From Candidatus Polarisedimenticolia bacterium (GTDB taxonomy: Bacteria; Acidobacteriota; Polarisedimenticolia; Gp22-AA2), in the NCBI GenBank assembly GCA_036005805.1, contig DASYQE010000381.1, positions 674 to 64,673 on the forward strand: a stretch of DNA of 64,000 nt, written 5' to 3'. The position numbers and the translations under genes are program-made. Below the pieces are notes generated by a model. It saw only the letters and a list, made by a program, of their open reading frames with translations. It did no database searches and had not been told where the DNA came from. The first letter of the stretch is position 1, and the number at the start of each line of letters is the position of its first letter. Below are positions 48,151 through 57,928 of the stretch, in pieces.

Positions 48151-49521
48151 TCAGACGAGCGACAGCAGGTGGCCCAGCTTCTCCTTCTTCGTCTTGAGGT
48201 ACTGGCGCGACGTCTCGGTCGGGGCGACCTCGAGCGGCACCCGCTCGACGATCTCCAGGCCGTAGCCGCGCAGCGCCGTGAACTTGCCCGGGTTGTTGCT
48301 CAGCACCCGGATGCGGCAGCAGCCGAGGTCGCGCAGGATCTGCGCGCCGATGCCGTAGTCGCGCATGTCGGCCTTGAACCCGAGCTTGTGGTTCGCCTCG
48401 ACCGTGTCCTTGCCCTCTTCCTGCAGCTCGTACGCCTTGAGCTTGTTGAGGAGGCCGATGCCGCGGCCCTCCTGGCGCAGGTAGACGATGACGCCCTTCC
48501 CCTCGGCGGCGATGATCTCCATCGCCCGCTGCAGCTGCGGGCCGCAGTCGCAGCGCATCGACCCGAAGACGTCCCCGGTGATGCACTCCGAGTGGACCCG
48601 CACCAGCACGCGGTCTTCCGGCGTGATGGTGCCGAGGACGAGCGCCAGGTGGGTCTTGTTCTCGATGTCGCTGCGGTAGGCCATGAGGCGGAAGCGCCCG
48701 TACTTCGTCGGCAGCCACGGCTGCGCCACCCGGCGCACCAGGCGCTCGTGCCGCATGCGGTACGAGATGAGGTCGGCGATGCTGATGCGGCGGATGCCGT
48801 GCTGCGCCGAGAATGCCTCGAGGTCGGACTGGCGCGCCATGGTGCCGTCCTCGTTCATGATTTCGCAGATGACCCCGGCCGGGTACAGACCCGCCAGCCG
48901 CGCCAGGTCGATCGCCGCCTCGGTCTGACCCGCCCGCTTCAGCACGCCGCCGTTCGCCGCGCGCAGCGGGAAGGTGTGGCCCGGGCGGGTCAGGTCGGAC
49001 GGGCGTGTTCTCGGATGGATGGCCGCCAGGACCGTGCGGGCCCGATCGGCGGCGGAGATCCCGGTCGAGACCTCGTCGCGCGCCTCGATGGAGACGCAGA
49101 ACGCCGTCCCGTACGGCGAGGTGTTCTTCTGCACCATGAGCGGGATGTCGAGCTCGCGCAGGCGCTCCTCGGTCATCGGCATGCAGATGAGGCCGCGACC
49201 GAAGCGGGCCATGAAGTTGATCGCCTCGGGCGTCACCTTCTCGGCCGCCATGGTCAGGTCGCCTTCGTTCTCGCGGTCCTCGTCGTCCACGACGATGACG
49301 AAGCGCCCGGCCGCGATGTCGGAAATCGCCTCCTCCACCGTCGCGTAGCCGTCGGCCGGCCGCGGCGTCTCGATCCGTGCCGCCGCGTTCGCCGATCGCG
49401 CCGCCCCTCCCGCGGATCGCACCTTCCCGTCCGCGGATCGCGCCGTCCCGTTCATCGGCCGCGCCGCGACTTGGGCGGAACGCGCCGTCCCGTTTCCTGC
49501 CTTCGACCGACGCCGTTTCAC
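48151..49521 (-). CDS. ribBA: bifunctional 3,4-dihydroxy-2-butanone-4-phosphate synthase / GTP cyclohydrolase II, with ~55-aa repetitive N-terminal extension
   Basis: [15 protein letters not shown] (DHBPS); CDCG and GRGIGLLNK (GCHII). The GTG start overlaps the ribE stop (GTGA). The N-terminus is encoded by three ~21-bp tandem DNA repeats. Confidence 0.85.
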   Translation of the reverse strand: MKRRRSKAGNGTARSAQVAARPMNGTARSADGKVRSAGGAARSANAAARIETPRPADGYATVEEAISDIAAGRFVIVVDDEDRENEGDLTMAAEKVTPEAINFMARFGRGLICMPMTEERLRELDIPLMVQKNTSPYGTAFCVSIEARDEVSTGISAADRARTVLAAIHPRTRPSDLTRPGHTFPLRAANGGVLKRAGQTEAAIDLARLAGLYPAGVICEIMNEDGTMARQSDLEAFSAQHGIRRISIADLISYRMRHERLVRRVAQPWLPTKYGRFRLMAYRSDIENKTHLALVLGTITPEDRVLVRVHSECITGDVFGSMRCDCGPQLQRAMEIIAAEGKGVIVYLRQEGRGIGLLNKLKAYELQEEGKDTVEANHKLGFKADMRDYGIGAQILRDLGCCRIRVLSNNPGKFTALRGYGLEIVERVPLEVAPTETSRQYLKTKKEKLGHLLSLV

Positions 49522-50117
49522 GCCGTCACCTCCCGCCCCGCCATGGCCGCCACCACGTACCGCCCCACCAGGTCCACCTCGAGGTTCACCGACTCTCCCG
49601 CCCGGCGCGCGCCGAGCGTCGTGACGCGCAGCGTTTCCGGAATGAGCATCACCTCGAAGGCGTCGGAGGCGCGCTGCGCCACCGTGAGGCTCACGCCGTC
49701 CAGGGCCACGGCCCCCTGACCCACGACGAACGGCGCGAGGGACCCCGGCAGCGCCAGGCGCAGCCGCGCCCCCGTCCCTTCGTCCCGCCGCTCGAGGACG
49801 CGCACCACGCCGTCGACGTGCCCCTGCACGAGGTGACCGCCGAGCGGGTCTCCGAGGCGCAGCGGGCGCTCGAGATTCACTTCGTCCCCCGGGCGCAGGT
49901 CCGCGAGCGTCGTGCGGCGCAGCGTCTCGTCCCCGAGCGCCGCCTCGAACCAGCCGGCCCCGGACGCGACGACGGTGAGGCAGACGCCGTTCACCGCGAC
50001 GCTGCCGCCGCGCGCCAGAGGCTCGGAGAACGGCACGGCGACGCGCACGCGGTGCTCCGCGCCCGCTTCGGCCGCCGCCTCGATTCGACCCCGTCCTTCC
50101 ACGATTCCCGTGAACAT
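49518..50117 (-). CDS. ribE: riboflavin synthase
   Basis: [10 protein letters not shown]...[11 protein letters not shown]...[10 protein letters not shown], with the two-domain internal repeat. Confidence 0.85.
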   Translation of the reverse strand: MFTGIVEGRGRIEAAAEAGAEHRVRVAVPFSEPLARGGSVAVNGVCLTVVASGAGWFEAALGDETLRRTTLADLRPGDEVNLERPLRLGDPLGGHLVQGHVDGVVRVLERRDEGTGARLRLALPGSLAPFVVGQGAVALDGVSLTVAQRASDAFEVMLIPETLRVTTLGARRAGESVNLEVDLVGRYVVAAMAGREVTA

Positions 50118-50134
50118 GTCCTCTCGTCCCGTGC

Positions 50135-51292
50135 TCACGCGTCGGCGTCGCGGCGCGCCGGTCCGCGCGGGCGGTGGCGCAGGCGCGCCTCGACCACCCA
50201 GTCGGAGCCGACCCGGCGCCAGCGGGGCGCCACGAGCTGCGCCGCGCCGGTCACCGGCGCCGCGCCCCGCCCCGCGAACGCCGGCCGGGCCGCGGACCCT
50301 CCGAGGAGCCGCGGCGCGACATAGAGCACCAGGCGGTCGCCGACCTTCTGATCGAGCGCCGCGCCGAGCACCTCTCCGCCCCCTTCGATGAGCACCGAGG
50401 CGATGCCGCGACGTCCGAGCGCCCGCAGCGCCGCGCGCAGATCAACCCGACCGGCGCGCGCGGCCACTTCGACCACCGTCGCCCCGGCCCGCTCGAGCCG
50501 CAGCCGGCGCAAAGGCGAAGCGTTCCGCCGCGTCACCAGGAGCACCGGCCCGCCCGCGGTCCTGAGGATCCGCGACGCGGCGGGGGTCCGCAGCCGGCTG
50601 TCGAGCACCACCCGCACCGGATCGATGGCGCGCGCATGGCCGTTGGCACCCGGAGCGCTCAGGCGGGGATCGTCGGCGAGCAGCGTCCCGATCCCCACCA
50701 GGACGGCGTCGTGCCCCGCCCGCAGGCGCCGCGCGTCCCGCCGCGCCGAGGCCGAGGTGATCCACTGCGAGCGGCCGGCGCGCGTCGCGATGCGGCCGTC
50801 CAGGCTCATTCCCGCCTTGAGCGTGACGCTCGGGAGACCGCTGCGCTGGCGGCGCAGGAAGGAGGCGTTCAGCTTCTCCGCCTCGCTTTTCAGCCCTCCC
50901 ATTGTCACGCTCACCCCCGCCTTCCTCAAGGCCGCAAAACCACGTCCGTTCACCCTCGGGTCGGGATCGCGCATGCAGGCGATCACCTCCCGCACCCCCG
51001 CCGCCAGGATCGCGTCGGTGCAGGGAGGCGTGCGCCCGAAGTGACAGCACGGCTCGAGATTCACGTACAGCCGTGCGCCGCGCGCCTTCGCACCGGCCTG
51101 TCGCAGCGCCCGCACCTCCGCGTGCGGCGACCCGGCGCGCGCGTGCCAGCCGCGCCCGACCACCCGGCCGTCCTTCACGAGGACCGCGCCCACCATCGGG
51201 TTGGGACGGGTGCGGCCGCGGCCGCGCTGCGCCAGCTCGAGGGCCAGCCGCAGCCAGCGCCGGTCGTCGGTCCTTCGGCTCCCCCCCGCCAT
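50135..51292 (-). CDS. ribD: bifunctional diaminohydroxyphosphoribosylaminopyrimidine deaminase / 5-amino-6-(5-phosphoribosylamino)uracil reductase
   Basis: Deaminase HAEVRAL...[11 protein letters not shown] plus the reductase domain. Start at the ATG at 51290-51292. Confidence 0.85.
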   Translation of the reverse strand: MAGGSRRTDDRRWLRLALELAQRGRGRTRPNPMVGAVLVKDGRVVGRGWHARAGSPHAEVRALRQAGAKARGARLYVNLEPCCHFGRTPPCTDAILAAGVREVIACMRDPDPRVNGRGFAALRKAGVSVTMGGLKSEAEKLNASFLRRQRSGLPSVTLKAGMSLDGRIATRAGRSQWITSASARRDARRLRAGHDAVLVGIGTLLADDPRLSAPGANGHARAIDPVRVVLDSRLRTPAASRILRTAGGPVLLVTRRNASPLRRLRLERAGATVVEVAARAGRVDLRAALRALGRRGIASVLIEGGGEVLGAALDQKVGDRLVLYVAPRLLGGSAARPAFAGRGAAPVTGAAQLVAPRWRRVGSDWVVEARLRHRPRGPARRDADA

Positions 51293-51303
51293 CCTCGATC
51301 TCC

Positions 51304-52266
51304 CTAGGCGGCGGCCGGCAGGAGTCCGTCGACGAACGCCTCCGGGTCGAAGTCGATCAGGTCGTCGGGGCCTTCCCCGACACCGAGGTAGCGCAGCGGC
51401 AGGCCCAGCTCCTGGACGATGCGCACGGCGATGCCGCCGCGCGCCGTGCCGTCGATCTTGGTCAGGACGAGGCCGCCGACACCGGCCGCGTCGAGGAACC
51501 GGCGCGCCTGCGGCAGGCCGTTCTGGCCCGTCGTCGCGTCGAGCACCAGCAGCACCTCGTGCGGCGCCCCCGCGATGCGGCGGCCGAGCACGCGCCGGAC
51601 TTTCTCGAGCTCGCGCATCAGGGGATCCTGCGTGTGCAGGCGCCCCGCGGTGTCCACGATGAGCGCGTCGATGCCGCGCGCCTCGGCGGCGGCGGCCGCG
51701 TCGAACGCCACCGCGGACGGGTCGGCCCCCGGACGCTCGCCGCTGAACTCCGCCCCCGCCCGGGTCGCCCAGATCTTCAGCTGCTCGCCGGCGCCGGCGC
51801 GGAAGGTGTCGGCGGGGCACAGCATCACCTTGGCTCCCGCGGCGACCAGCCGGCGCGCCAGCTTGCCGGCGGTGGTCGTCTTCCCGCCGCCGTTGACGCC
51901 GACGATCAGGATCACCCGCGGCCGTCCCGCGGGTCCCCCGGCGGCCGCGGCCGTCGTCTGCGTCCCCGCCCCGGGCGCCGCGAGCAGCCTGAGGATTTCC
52001 CCGCGCGCGGCGCTGCGCACCTGCCCCCACGAGGGGGCGCGGGTGCCGCTGGTGCCGCGCACCTCGTCCACGATGCGCGCCGCCGTCTCCGGGCCGAGGT
52101 CGGCCTCGATCAGGGCGTTCTCCAGCGTCTCGCTCCAGTCGGTGCCGGTCGCGACCCCTCCCGGCAGGAGCGACGACACCTTGCCGAGCAGACCATCGCG
52201 CGTGCGCTTCAAGCCGTGCATGAAGCGCTCGAGACGACCGGCCGGCTTCGAAGTCGAATCGGTCAC
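51304..52266 (-). CDS. ftsY: signal recognition particle receptor FtsY (NG domain only); start uncertain (GTG 52266 overlapping upstream stop, or ATG 52221)
   Basis: GVNGGGKTTTAGKLA, DTAGRLH, LTKIDGTARGG. Confidence 0.8.
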   Translation of the reverse strand: MTDSTSKPAGRLERFMHGLKRTRDGLLGKVSSLLPGGVATGTDWSETLENALIEADLGPETAARIVDEVRGTSGTRAPSWGQVRSAARGEILRLLAAPGAGTQTTAAAAGGPAGRPRVILIVGVNGGGKTTTAGKLARRLVAAGAKVMLCPADTFRAGAGEQLKIWATRAGAEFSGERPGADPSAVAFDAAAAAEARGIDALIVDTAGRLHTQDPLMRELEKVRRVLGRRIAGAPHEVLLVLDATTGQNGLPQARRFLDAAGVGGLVLTKIDGTARGGIAVRIVQELGLPLRYLGVGEGPDDLIDFDPEAFVDGLLPAAA

Positions 52267-52982
52267 GAGCCGCTCCGCGCTCCGCTGCTCGTCGAGAGGA
52301 GCTGCTTCGCCCGCTCCGCTTCGGGGCCCGTCGGCGACAGCTCCAGCACCTTCTTGAACTGGGCGCTGGCGAGGTCGGGCTTGCCCATCTTCTGGTAGGT
52401 CGTTCCGAGCCCGATGTACCCGAGCAGGTACTTCGGGTTGAGCTCGACCGCCTTCTGGAAGGAGCGCTGCGCCTCCGAGAGGACCCCCTGGTCCAGATAG
52501 AGATTGCCGAGGTTCAGCTGGATCTTCTCGGGGGTGCGGTACGTCTTGTCGGTCAGCGCCGCCTGGAATTCCTTCAGCGCCTTGTCGTACTGCTTGGTCT
52601 CGCGGTACAGGACGCCGAGGACGTTGTGGGCGTCGGTGAAGTGCGGATCGATCTTCACCGCCTGCTGGAGGTGATCGATCGCCTGGTCGTACTCGCTGAG
52701 ATTCATGTGGATGAGCCCGAGGTAGTGGTGCGCCTCGGCGTTCTTGGGGTCGCGCTTGACCGCCTCTTTGGCCGATTCCAGCGCCTGGGAGGTCTGTCCC
52801 TGCTCCATCTGCACCATCGCGAGACGCAGGAAGCGGTTGCTTTCGTCCGCCTGCACCGCCTGCGTCCCCGACGAAGAACACGCCGTCCCTCCGGCCAGAA
52901 GACAGAGGGCCAGCAGGGCCGCTCGAAGCGGCCGCACGTCTGCACGCGCATCGCCTGTCCTGCCGATCCGCATCACGGGCAC
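52263..52982 (-). CDS. TPR-repeat protein with signal peptide / lipoprotein-like N-terminus
   Basis: LALCLLAGGTACSSS, then 4-5 TPR repeats. Confidence 0.65.
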   Translation of the reverse strand: MPVMRIGRTGDARADVRPLRAALLALCLLAGGTACSSSGTQAVQADESNRFLRLAMVQMEQGQTSQALESAKEAVKRDPKNAEAHHYLGLIHMNLSEYDQAIDHLQQAVKIDPHFTDAHNVLGVLYRETKQYDKALKEFQAALTDKTYRTPEKIQLNLGNLYLDQGVLSEAQRSFQKAVELNPKYLLGYIGLGTTYQKMGKPDLASAQFKKVLELSPTGPEAERAKQLLSTSSGARSGS

Positions 52983-53064
52983 ACTTTTCCCCCTTGAGGA
53001 CCCGCCATTCTATTGATCCGTAAGGCTTTTGTAAACGGTGACTTGCGGCGTCCCCACGCCCGCT

Positions 53065-53856
53065 TCAGGAGCGCCTGAAGAGGCGGCTGAGGAGGCCCCG
53101 GCGGGCCGGGGGGGCCTGGGGCTCCGGGTCGGAGGCAATTTCCTGGCCGGCGAGGATGGCGGCCGGGTTGTCCTCGACCAGGCGGTGGGCGGTGGCGGCG
53201 CCGGCGAGCTTCGCGACGGCGTTGCGGGCGTCCGAGAGAGTGGGGGGCCGGTAGCGGACATCGTGGCTGTCGGAGGCGAGGATGTGGATCAGGTTGCGCT
53301 CCAGCATGCGCACGGCGAAGTCCCTGGCTTTGCTGCCGAAGAGGCCGGTGATGGAATTGCCGGTCACCTGGGTCAGGGCTCCGAGGCGCACCGACGCGGC
53401 GACCCTCTCGAAATCCTCCAGGTAATAGGCCACCCGCTCGGGGTGCGCCATGATGGGCGTGATGCCGAGCAGGCGGAGCTGGAAGATGGTGTCGTCCACC
53501 TTCATCGGGAGCTGCTGGTACGGCAGCTCGAGGAGCATGTACTTGCCGCGGTCGGCCACGGTCATCAGCTCCCCCGCTTTCGCGCGCTCCACGACGTCGG
53601 CGGTGAAGTAGACCTCGGCGCCGGGCAAGAGCTCGATCTTCTCCGCCTCGTCGCCGCGCGCCGCCTCCTTCACCTTCGCGATGCTTTCGAAGATGGCGGT
53701 CCGGGTGTTGTCGTACACCCCGGGCTTCATGTGGGGCGTGGCGGTGACGGCGGTGATGCCGTCGCGGCGCGCGATGCGGAGGAACTCGAGCGTCTCCTCG
53801 AGCTGCTTCGCCCCGTCGTCGATGCCGGGGAGCAGGTGGTTGTGCAGGTCGATCAT
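53065..53856 (-). CDS. PHP-domain protein-tyrosine phosphatase (CpsB/YwqE family)
   Basis: MIDLHNHLLPGIDDGA...ATPH...ELPY...MAHPER...ILASDSH. ATGA overlap with gpsA. GGAGGAGG SD. Confidence 0.75.
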   Translation of the reverse strand: MIDLHNHLLPGIDDGAKQLEETLEFLRIARRDGITAVTATPHMKPGVYDNTRTAIFESIAKVKEAARGDEAEKIELLPGAEVYFTADVVERAKAGELMTVADRGKYMLLELPYQQLPMKVDDTIFQLRLLGITPIMAHPERVAYYLEDFERVAASVRLGALTQVTGNSITGLFGSKARDFAVRMLERNLIHILASDSHDVRYRPPTLSDARNAVAKLAGAATAHRLVEDNPAAILAGQEIASDPEPQAPPARRGLLSRLFRRS

Positions 53857-54872
53857 CCCTCCTCCTTCAAAGGGCGCGCCAGCAGATCCCGCACCGCCTC
53901 GGCGGCGGATCGGCGGCCGTCGAGCACGTCGCGCACCTGCGACGCGATCGGCATCTCGACCCCGTGGCGCGCGGCGAGGGCGAGCGCGGCGCGCGTCGTC
54001 GCGACCCCTTCCGCGACGGTGCGCCGCCCGGCGAGCAGTTCCTGGAGCGACCGGCCGCGCCCGATCTCGATGCCGAGCGATCGGTTGCGGCTGAGGCCCC
54101 CGGTGCAGGTGAGGACGAGATCGCCCAGGCCGGCGAGACCGGCGAAGGTGCCGGCGCTGCCGCCGGCGGCGACGCCGAGGCGCGTCATCTCCGCGAGACC
54201 GCGGGTCAAAAGCGCCGCGCGGGTGTTGAGACCGAGACCGGTGCCCTCGGCGATGCCGGTCGCCAGCGCCATGACATTCTTCAGCGCGCCTCCGAGAGCG
54301 ACACCGACCGGATCGCGGTTGCGATAGAGCCGGAAGGAACCGGCGGTGACCTGCTCCTGCACCCGCAGGGCGACCGCCTCGTCCGACGAGGCCACCACGA
54401 CGGCGGTCGGCTGCCCCTGCGCCAGCTCCTCGGCGAAGGATGGTCCTGAGAGAATGGCGCAGGGCGGGGCCGACGGGGCTTCCTGTCGCATCACCTCGTC
54501 GAGGCGCAGCCCGCTCCCCTCTTCGATGCCCTTCGACGCCACGACCCGATCGGCTTCGGGAGCGAGATGGGCCGCCGCGGCGCGGAAGAGGGGCCGGCTC
54601 GCCTGCGCCGGCGCCACGAAGATCACCAGAGTTCGCCCCGCGAGCGCCTCGGCGAGATCGGCGGTCATCCGCAGTCCGTCCGGGAAGGAGCAGCCGGGCA
54701 GATACGCCGCGTTCATCCGGTCGCGTTGCAGATCCGCGGCGCACGCGGCGCGGCGCGCCCAGAGGATCGTGTCGACACCCGAGCGGGCGAGCTGGATGGC
54801 GAGGGCGGTCCCCCACGATCCCGCCCCCAGGACCGCGGCGCGGCCCGTCACGGACTCCGGGGCCCCGCTCAC
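53853..54872 (-). CDS. gpsA: NAD(P)H-dependent glycerol-3-phosphate dehydrogenase
   Basis: AVLGAGSWGTALA, LGGALKNV, GDLVLTCT. GTG start overlapping the plsY stop (GTGA). Confidence 0.85.
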   Translation of the reverse strand: MSGAPESVTGRAAVLGAGSWGTALAIQLARSGVDTILWARRAACAADLQRDRMNAAYLPGCSFPDGLRMTADLAEALAGRTLVIFVAPAQASRPLFRAAAAHLAPEADRVVASKGIEEGSGLRLDEVMRQEAPSAPPCAILSGPSFAEELAQGQPTAVVVASSDEAVALRVQEQVTAGSFRLYRNRDPVGVALGGALKNVMALATGIAEGTGLGLNTRAALLTRGLAEMTRLGVAAGGSAGTFAGLAGLGDLVLTCTGGLSRNRSLGIEIGRGRSLQELLAGRRTVAEGVATTRAALALAARHGVEMPIASQVRDVLDGRRSAAEAVRDLLARPLKEEG

Positions 54873-55471
54873 GCGTCGCTCCCGAGGCGCCGCTCCGTCT
54901 TCTGCAGCATGCGCGCGATGTTCGTCCGGTGCGTCAAGAGAATCAGGAGGCCCGCACCGATCGCGAGGAGAACGACCGGACCGGGAAGACGCAATCCCAG
55001 CGCCGCGATCGGCAGCATGACGGCGGCGCTCACCGAGCCGAGAGAGATCATGCGGCTCAGCGCCACGGCGGCGGCGAAGGCGGCCAGCGCGATCCCCAGC
55101 GCCATCGGCGCGAGAACGGCGAAGACGCCCGCGCCGGTCGCGACCCCCTTGCCGCCGCGGAAGCCGAGCCACGGTGTGAAGACGTGGCCGAGAATCGCGG
55201 CGCCGCCGGCGATGGCCCCGGCTGTGGTGGCCTGCTCCGGACCCGCGAAACTGCGGCCGGCGAACGCCGCCGCGGCCCCTTTCGCCGCATCGAGGAGCAG
55301 GGCGACGACGCCGAGCCGCCAGCCGGCGGAGCGGGCGACATTGGTCGCACCGACATTGCCGCTGCCGACGGCGCGGATGTCGAGCCCGCCGAAGACCCGC
55401 GCCAGCAGGTAGGAGAAGGGGACCGACCCGAGCAGGAAGCCGGTCAAAGCCGCCAGCGCCAACCCGCTCAT
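54869..55471 (-). CDS. plsY: glycerol-3-phosphate acyltransferase PlsY
   Basis: GSGNVGATN, HVFTPWLGFRGGKGVAT; about 5 TM helices. Confidence 0.85.
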   Translation of the reverse strand: MSGLALAALTGFLLGSVPFSYLLARVFGGLDIRAVGSGNVGATNVARSAGWRLGVVALLLDAAKGAAAAFAGRSFAGPEQATTAGAIAGGAAILGHVFTPWLGFRGGKGVATGAGVFAVLAPMALGIALAAFAAAVALSRMISLGSVSAAVMLPIAALGLRLPGPVVLLAIGAGLLILLTHRTNIARMLQKTERRLGSDA

Positions 55472-56040
55472 GCGGTCCTGCTCCCGGTGCCGAGCGGGAA
55501 CTCCTGCACGGCGCGGTACTGCGATCCGCCGGGACCGGGACGACTCTCGTAGAGGACGAGCCGCCGCACCTCGAACCGTCCCCCCTCGGCCTCCGCCTCC
55601 CGCGCCAGCGGCGTCTTCCAGTCGCCGGCGCGTCCCTCTTTGGCGCGCGCCAGGGTGAGATGCGGGCGGAACGGTCGATCGTCGGGAGCGAAGCCGAGCG
55701 GCTGGAGCGCGCCGTCGAGGCCGCTTTTCAGGCGGCCGGCGGCGTCGAGATCGCCGCGCAGGCCGAAGACGACGACGCGGGGGCGGCCGTGTCCCGGGAA
55801 GGCGTGGATGCCGTGCGCCTCGAGCGGAAACGGCGCGGTTCCAGCGGCGACCGGCGCGACCGCGGCCGCGATCGCGGGCACGCGCGTCTCCGGCGCTTCC
55901 CCGAGGAAGAAGAACGTCAGATGGATCCCCTCCGGGCGCGTGAAACGCAACGGCAGCGGCAACTCCCGAAGCCGCGTCTGACAATCGGCGAGCCGCTCAC
56001 GCACCTCGTCGGGAACCTCCGCGGCCACGAACAGCCTCAC
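55468..56040 (-). CDS. thpR: RNA 2',3'-cyclic phosphodiesterase (2H phosphoesterase, LigT/ThpR)
   Basis: Two H-x-T/S-x motifs (HLTFFF, HLTLAR). ATGA overlap with plsY. Confidence 0.75.
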   Translation of the reverse strand: MRLFVAAEVPDEVRERLADCQTRLRELPLPLRFTRPEGIHLTFFFLGEAPETRVPAIAAAVAPVAAGTAPFPLEAHGIHAFPGHGRPRVVVFGLRGDLDAAGRLKSGLDGALQPLGFAPDDRPFRPHLTLARAKEGRAGDWKTPLAREAEAEGGRFEVRRLVLYESRPGPGGSQYRAVQEFPLGTGSRTA

Positions 56041-57326
56041 CGTCCCGCCGCCCGCAGCAGCTCGCGACGCAGCAGGTCGAGCGCCGCCTGCGCCGCCCGC
56101 GCCTGCACGACCGTCCTCGTCCCCGGCAGCATCAGACGCCGGGAGGAGGACCCGTCCGGTCCGGCCACGCCGAGAATGACGGTGCCGGGCGGGTGCGTGT
56201 CTTTCTGTCCCGCGGGACCGGCGAAGCCGGTGGTCGCGAGTCCCCAGTCCGCGCCGAGACGCCGGCGGATGCCCTCCGCCAGGCCGATCGCCGCCTCGGC
56301 CGAGACCGCGCCGTGGCTCTCGAGGATCGCGGCGTCGAGATCGGCGAGCACCCGCTTCGCCCCGTCCGTGTAGACGACCCCGCCCCCGGCGAACCAGTTC
56401 GACGCCCCCGGCACCGCCGTGAAGCGCCGGGCGATCCGCCCGCCGGTGATCGACTCCGCCGCGGCGACCGTCTGCCGGCGCGACACCAGCAGCCGGCCGA
56501 CAACCTCTTCGAGCGTGTCCTCGTTCCGGCCGAACACGTCGTCACCGAGCACCGCGGCGATCTCGGCGTCGAGCCGCTCGATGCCTTTGGCCTTCGTCTT
56601 CGGCGTGGTCCACTCGGTCAGGTGGATTTCGATCTGCCCCGCGCCGGCCAGGATGGTCCAGCCGACCTTGCCCGCCGTCTTGTGCACGGCGGCGAGGCGG
56701 TGATCGACGTCCGATTCGTTGGTGCCGGCGATCTTGATGATGCGGTGCACCCGGCGGGTCCCGGTTGCGTCGAGCCGCGGCAGGAGCGCCTCGATCGTCA
56801 TCCGCTCCATCTCGCTCGGGACCCCGGGCAGAAGCGCGAGGATGGCCCGGTCGGTTCGCAGCAGCAGTCCCGGCGCCGTGCCGAGCTTGTTCGGCAGCAC
56901 CTCGGCGCCGCGCGGCACCTGCGCCTGGCGCAGGTTCGAGGGCGCCATCGGCCGGCCGTGCCGCCGGAAGCGCTCTTCCAGCTCGTGCACCAGCGCTGCG
57001 TCCTCTTCGAGCCGCAGGTGCAGCGCCGCGGCCGCCGCCTCGCGCGTCAGGTCGTCCACCGTGGGGCCAAGGCCTCCGGTCGCGACCACGAGGTCCACCC
57101 GCGTGATCGCCAGGCGGAGCGCGTCCTGAAGCTCGCGCGGATCGTCACCGACCACGGTCCGGAATCGGACCTCGTAGCCGTGCGCGCCGAGCGCCCGCGA
57201 CAGAAAGGCGCCGTTGCTGTCGATGCGATCGGGCCCCAGGAGCTCCGTCCCGATGGCGATGGTCTCCGCCCGGCGCGGCCGGGTCCCGGACGATCCTCCG
57301 CCGGGCAGGGTGGCGTGCCCGCTCAT
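56037..57326 (-). CDS. cinA: competence/damage-inducible protein CinA (MoCF-binding-like N-domain + CinA/PncC C-domain)
   Basis: IAIGTELLG, VVATGGLGPTVDD, and C-terminal ...ESITGG...GVVYTD. Start at the ATG at 57324-57326. Confidence 0.8.
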   Translation of the reverse strand: MSGHATLPGGGSSGTRPRRAETIAIGTELLGPDRIDSNGAFLSRALGAHGYEVRFRTVVGDDPRELQDALRLAITRVDLVVATGGLGPTVDDLTREAAAAALHLRLEEDAALVHELEERFRRHGRPMAPSNLRQAQVPRGAEVLPNKLGTAPGLLLRTDRAILALLPGVPSEMERMTIEALLPRLDATGTRRVHRIIKIAGTNESDVDHRLAAVHKTAGKVGWTILAGAGQIEIHLTEWTTPKTKAKGIERLDAEIAAVLGDDVFGRNEDTLEEVVGRLLVSRRQTVAAAESITGGRIARRFTAVPGASNWFAGGGVVYTDGAKRVLADLDAAILESHGAVSAEAAIGLAEGIRRRLGADWGLATTGFAGPAGQKDTHPPGTVILGVAGPDGSSSRRLMLPGTRTVVQARAAQAALDLLRRELLRAAGR

Positions 57327-57928
57327 GCGGCCGGCCCCAGCGCGCGGATCGCCTCCTCGAGCCGGCGCCCGAAGTGCTGCAGCGCTTCGCGATCGCGCCC
57401 GGTCTTTCCTTCCGGGAAGAGCAGCGGCGGCCCGAAGCGCACGTGCACCCGTGCCGGCCGCGGGATCGCCCCGCCGACCGGCATCGAGTCGGCCGCGCCA
57501 TCGATGAAGACCGGCACGACCGGGACGCGGCTGAGGGCGGCGAGCAGCGCCGCACCGGGCTGGGTCTCCCCGAAGCGCCCGTCTTCGCTGCGCGACCCTT
57601 CGGGGAACAACCCGACGATCCGGCCACTGTGAAGGGTGCGGACCGCCAGCCTCAGGCCGTGCGCGTCGCGGCCGGCGCGCACCGGGATGGTTCCCATGCC
57701 CCAGTAGAACCAGCGCAGGAAGAGAAGGTCGTACATCCACTGCAGCACGATGAAGTGGATCGGCCGCGGCGTCGCCGAGCCGAGCAGGATCGCGTCCATG
57801 TACGACACGTGGTTCGACGCGACGATGACCGCGCCCCGCCGCGGCAGGTGCTCGAGCCCGTCGCGCGTCAGCCCCAGGTAGAGCCGCACGAAGGGGTAGA
57901 AGATGCCCTTCACGAACCAGTAGAACAT
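57323..57928 (-). CDS. plsC: 1-acyl-sn-glycerol-3-phosphate acyltransferase
   Basis: VIVASNHVSYMD (HX4D) and LFPEGSRS (FPEGT-like). ATGA overlap upstream. Confidence 0.75.
   Translation of the reverse strand: MFYWFVKGIFYPFVRLYLGLTRDGLEHLPRRGAVIVASNHVSYMDAILLGSATPRPIHFIVLQWMYDLLFLRWFYWGMGTIPVRAGRDAHGLRLAVRTLHSGRIVGLFPEGSRSEDGRFGETQPGAALLAALSRVPVVPVFIDGAADSMPVGGAIPRPARVHVRFGPPLLFPEGKTGRDREALQHFGRRLEEAIRALGPAA

Noticed and set aside
51293-51303. FMN riboswitch upstream of ribD
   Set aside because: Only ~11 nt separate ribD from ftsY, so there is no space for an RFN element.
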